This document shows, piece after piece, positions 61,754 to 64,000 of a DNA stretch of 64,000 nt (its first letter is position 1; each line of letters opens with the position of its first letter). A program made the position numbers and the translations under genes. The notes beneath the pieces were generated by a model, which was given only the letters and a program-made list of their open reading frames with translations, was not told where the DNA came from and made no database searches. Source of the DNA: Octopus sinensis (Eukaryota); assembly GCF_006345805.1 (NCBI RefSeq), contig NW_021825323.1, forward strand, positions 62,001-126,000. Direction: 5' to 3'.

Positions 61754-62585
61754 TAAAAAGATTGTTGATAATTTTAAAGAATTCTTTTAGAATTATTGTT
61801 TACGCATAGTATGGGTTGCTAAGATGGAGAAAAGAGAGACTGAGGGAGTAATTCTTTTAGTAAGAAGCTTGATTCAAGATATAATTGTTTTTAATGCTTA
61901 TTTTCCAAGTAGTTGATATAAAGCTATGAAGAAATTCAATTACCTGGTCCTTAATTAAACATTAGATCGATATGTTGGATGTTGTTTTTAATTATAATTT
62001 GGAGTTCTTTTTTTTCTATAGGGACTCTGGGTTTTTTAATAGTATTAAGTTAATCTTTTATCCGAGCCTGAATAACTGGGAATCTTATTCTTGATCCCAT
62101 TAATGTTTATTTGATAGATGGATAAATAACGTTATTGATTTAGCTTAAAGTTCGAAAATTTAATGATTAAAACTCTTTCACTACATAGAATAGGAAATAA
62201 AGTGAATTCACTTATAATAGGAAATCTTTCTTCTTGTGGGATTATTAATGAAAAAAATACAAATTTGTTCGACAATAATTTTTTAATAAATTTCTCTTAT
62301 TTCGGAAAGGCTAATTAAATTTATGTTTAAGAATTGGAAGGCGTTTCCATTTTTAGGGAATCACTTTGAGACACCCCGAGGAGCTTGGATAGAATCAAAC
62401 GTCTCATTGTTTTATTTTAGAAAAAAGAAAGGATAAGCTCGAACCTGTTTGGCTCAAGTAAAGACTTAGTTTGGCAGTATTCCGAGTTAACGTTTTCGCT
62501 ATCATCACCAGTAGTCATCCTTAACTTCCAAATATTCAATATTTGATGTTAAAATAAATTCAATATAAACGGATAAACCAAAAAA

Positions 62586-64000
62586 TCAATCGTTTTTATT
62601 ATACGAATTATTTATAATATTGGGATCTTTATTTATCTTTTTGGGATTTGTATTTATAATATTAGGATTATTCTTTATAATAATAGGATTATTATTTCTC
62701 TTTCTGGGATGCACTGTATTTTTAGGCCAAGATGTAATTTCGGCAGGAACTACACAATCAGACGGAAACCACCCACGCAACCGCACAATCCCTGTCAAAC
62801 TATATCCAAGCACATACCCTGTCGTTTGTCCTGATCAGTCAAGCGCTTTTCCCCATAATACCACTTACTAAAAAATTAAATCGATTTACAATACCAATTC
62901 CCACCAGCACATCTCGTAACAAGGACAAAATCACCATTTTCCAAAGGAATTCGATTAGAAAAAACACACGGAACACACAAAGAAGTTTTCAGACCAAATC
63001 CTTCACAGAGGGGAAAACAACGTCCTTTGTTAGCAATAACGACTTTATGAAGGACACTATGACTATATTTATATTTTTTCTGTTCAATTTGTTCAATCTA
63101 AAAATTTCAAAACGCCGATAACTGTTAAATCAAATTTATTAGAGCCATTCCGCAAGACCCAGCCATCAATACCATCACAGCCTTTATAGTGAAAAAACAG
63201 GTGATATAAATTTAATTTCCATCCTACATTGTAGGGATACACAAAATCAGGCAGCCCTTCCTCTTTGCGCCTGTTTTTAGCCTAACTTTCACATAATCAA
63301 GTACTTTTTCCACAATAAAGGATTCAATTGTTGTCATGTTTTGACTGACTAGTACCAACTAATCGGATTATAAAGTTATATACTTGACTGTAAAGCAAAA
63401 AACATATTGTAATCAGCACTGAAACATTCATAATAAAGGAAAGAGCGATGACCCCAGTCCAAATTAAACCAAATTTCATTATTATTGCGATCAATAAAAA
63501 TGACGAGTTGTAAAGTGCCCTCCCAACCGAAACCCAAAGACAGAGTGCGTAGAAAGTTGAAATGATGATGAAAACCAGATAAAACATAAAAGAGCGATGA
63601 TTTTCAAATCCACAACACGTGTTAATCCAAGGACAGTGGTGATCCATCTTCATTACACAACTACAATTATAAATGTACATATTCTACCGTTGACATGAAC
63701 TGCAATGGTGTGACCGGGGAGGCTTAAATCCGTTACAAATTGCACACCATTGGAGAAAAAATTGGTCAGATTTTTTTTTCTAAACAACTACAAAATGAAA
63801 TTGACACCGGCTTCCAGTTTAAGGGGACAAATCCAGGCCCGTTCATTAATGAAATTGAATGTGTAATTGGCACCAAAGATGTACAAAACCAGAAAATAAC
63901 AATTTCTATGTTTATCGTAATTCCTTGATAGGATTTGACCAATAAATATATTTGAGATATCGAAAATGTAACCCATAAATGGATAAATGTAGCAAAAAAA
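62586..64000 (-). CDS. ZDHHC6: DHHC palmitoyltransferase, ZDHHC6-like (5' end beyond the window)
   Basis: Spliced GPGFVPLNWKP...[68 protein letters not shown] (SH3-like tail). Introns include 63661-63687 and 63780-63807. Confidence 0.85.

Noticed and set aside
61092-61790. ORFs of 83-153 aa with repetitive YEIRGYI or INISSY content
   Set aside because: These are translations of 21-bp DNA repeats in the MITE and TIR.
61800-62520. Possible further host gene on the - strand (starts MTTGDDSENV...)
   Set aside because: I could not build a consistent spliced ORF or recognise a domain; needs RNA-seq or BLASTX.

Overview
AT-rich eukaryotic genomic DNA made almost entirely of nested transposable elements. 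Two host genes are recognisable: a CNOT11 homologue (37404-39037, +) and the 3' part of a ZDHHC6-like palmitoyltransferase (62586 to window end, -). There is also a disrupted Arf-like GTPase. Nearly all introns I could resolve are 22-29 nt, and TTAGGG-like repeats occur. A tiny-intron parasitic eukaryote such as a dicyemid or myxozoan would fit, but that is inference only. Elements present: 8 CRE-clade and several R4/Dong-like RLE retrotransposons, APE-type (Jockey/I-like) LINEs, hAT, Tc1/mariner, MULE, Merlin, a Helitron-like element with an internal satellite, and at least 8 Ginger-like elements (TGTC...GACA ends, 5-bp target duplications, mostly TAWTA). From 1.3 to 33.9 kb the region resolves into one nest five levels deep. 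The main finding is that four divergent LINE families sit at fixed, nucleotide-precise sites inside two families of non-autonomous Ginger-like elements, always in the same orientation and sometimes stacked in tandem. This looks like a transposon-targeting retrotransposon system analogous to Xenopus Tx1L/Tx1D but with different partners. No rRNA, tRNA or CRISPR features were seen. All coordinates were read by eye and may be off by a few bases.
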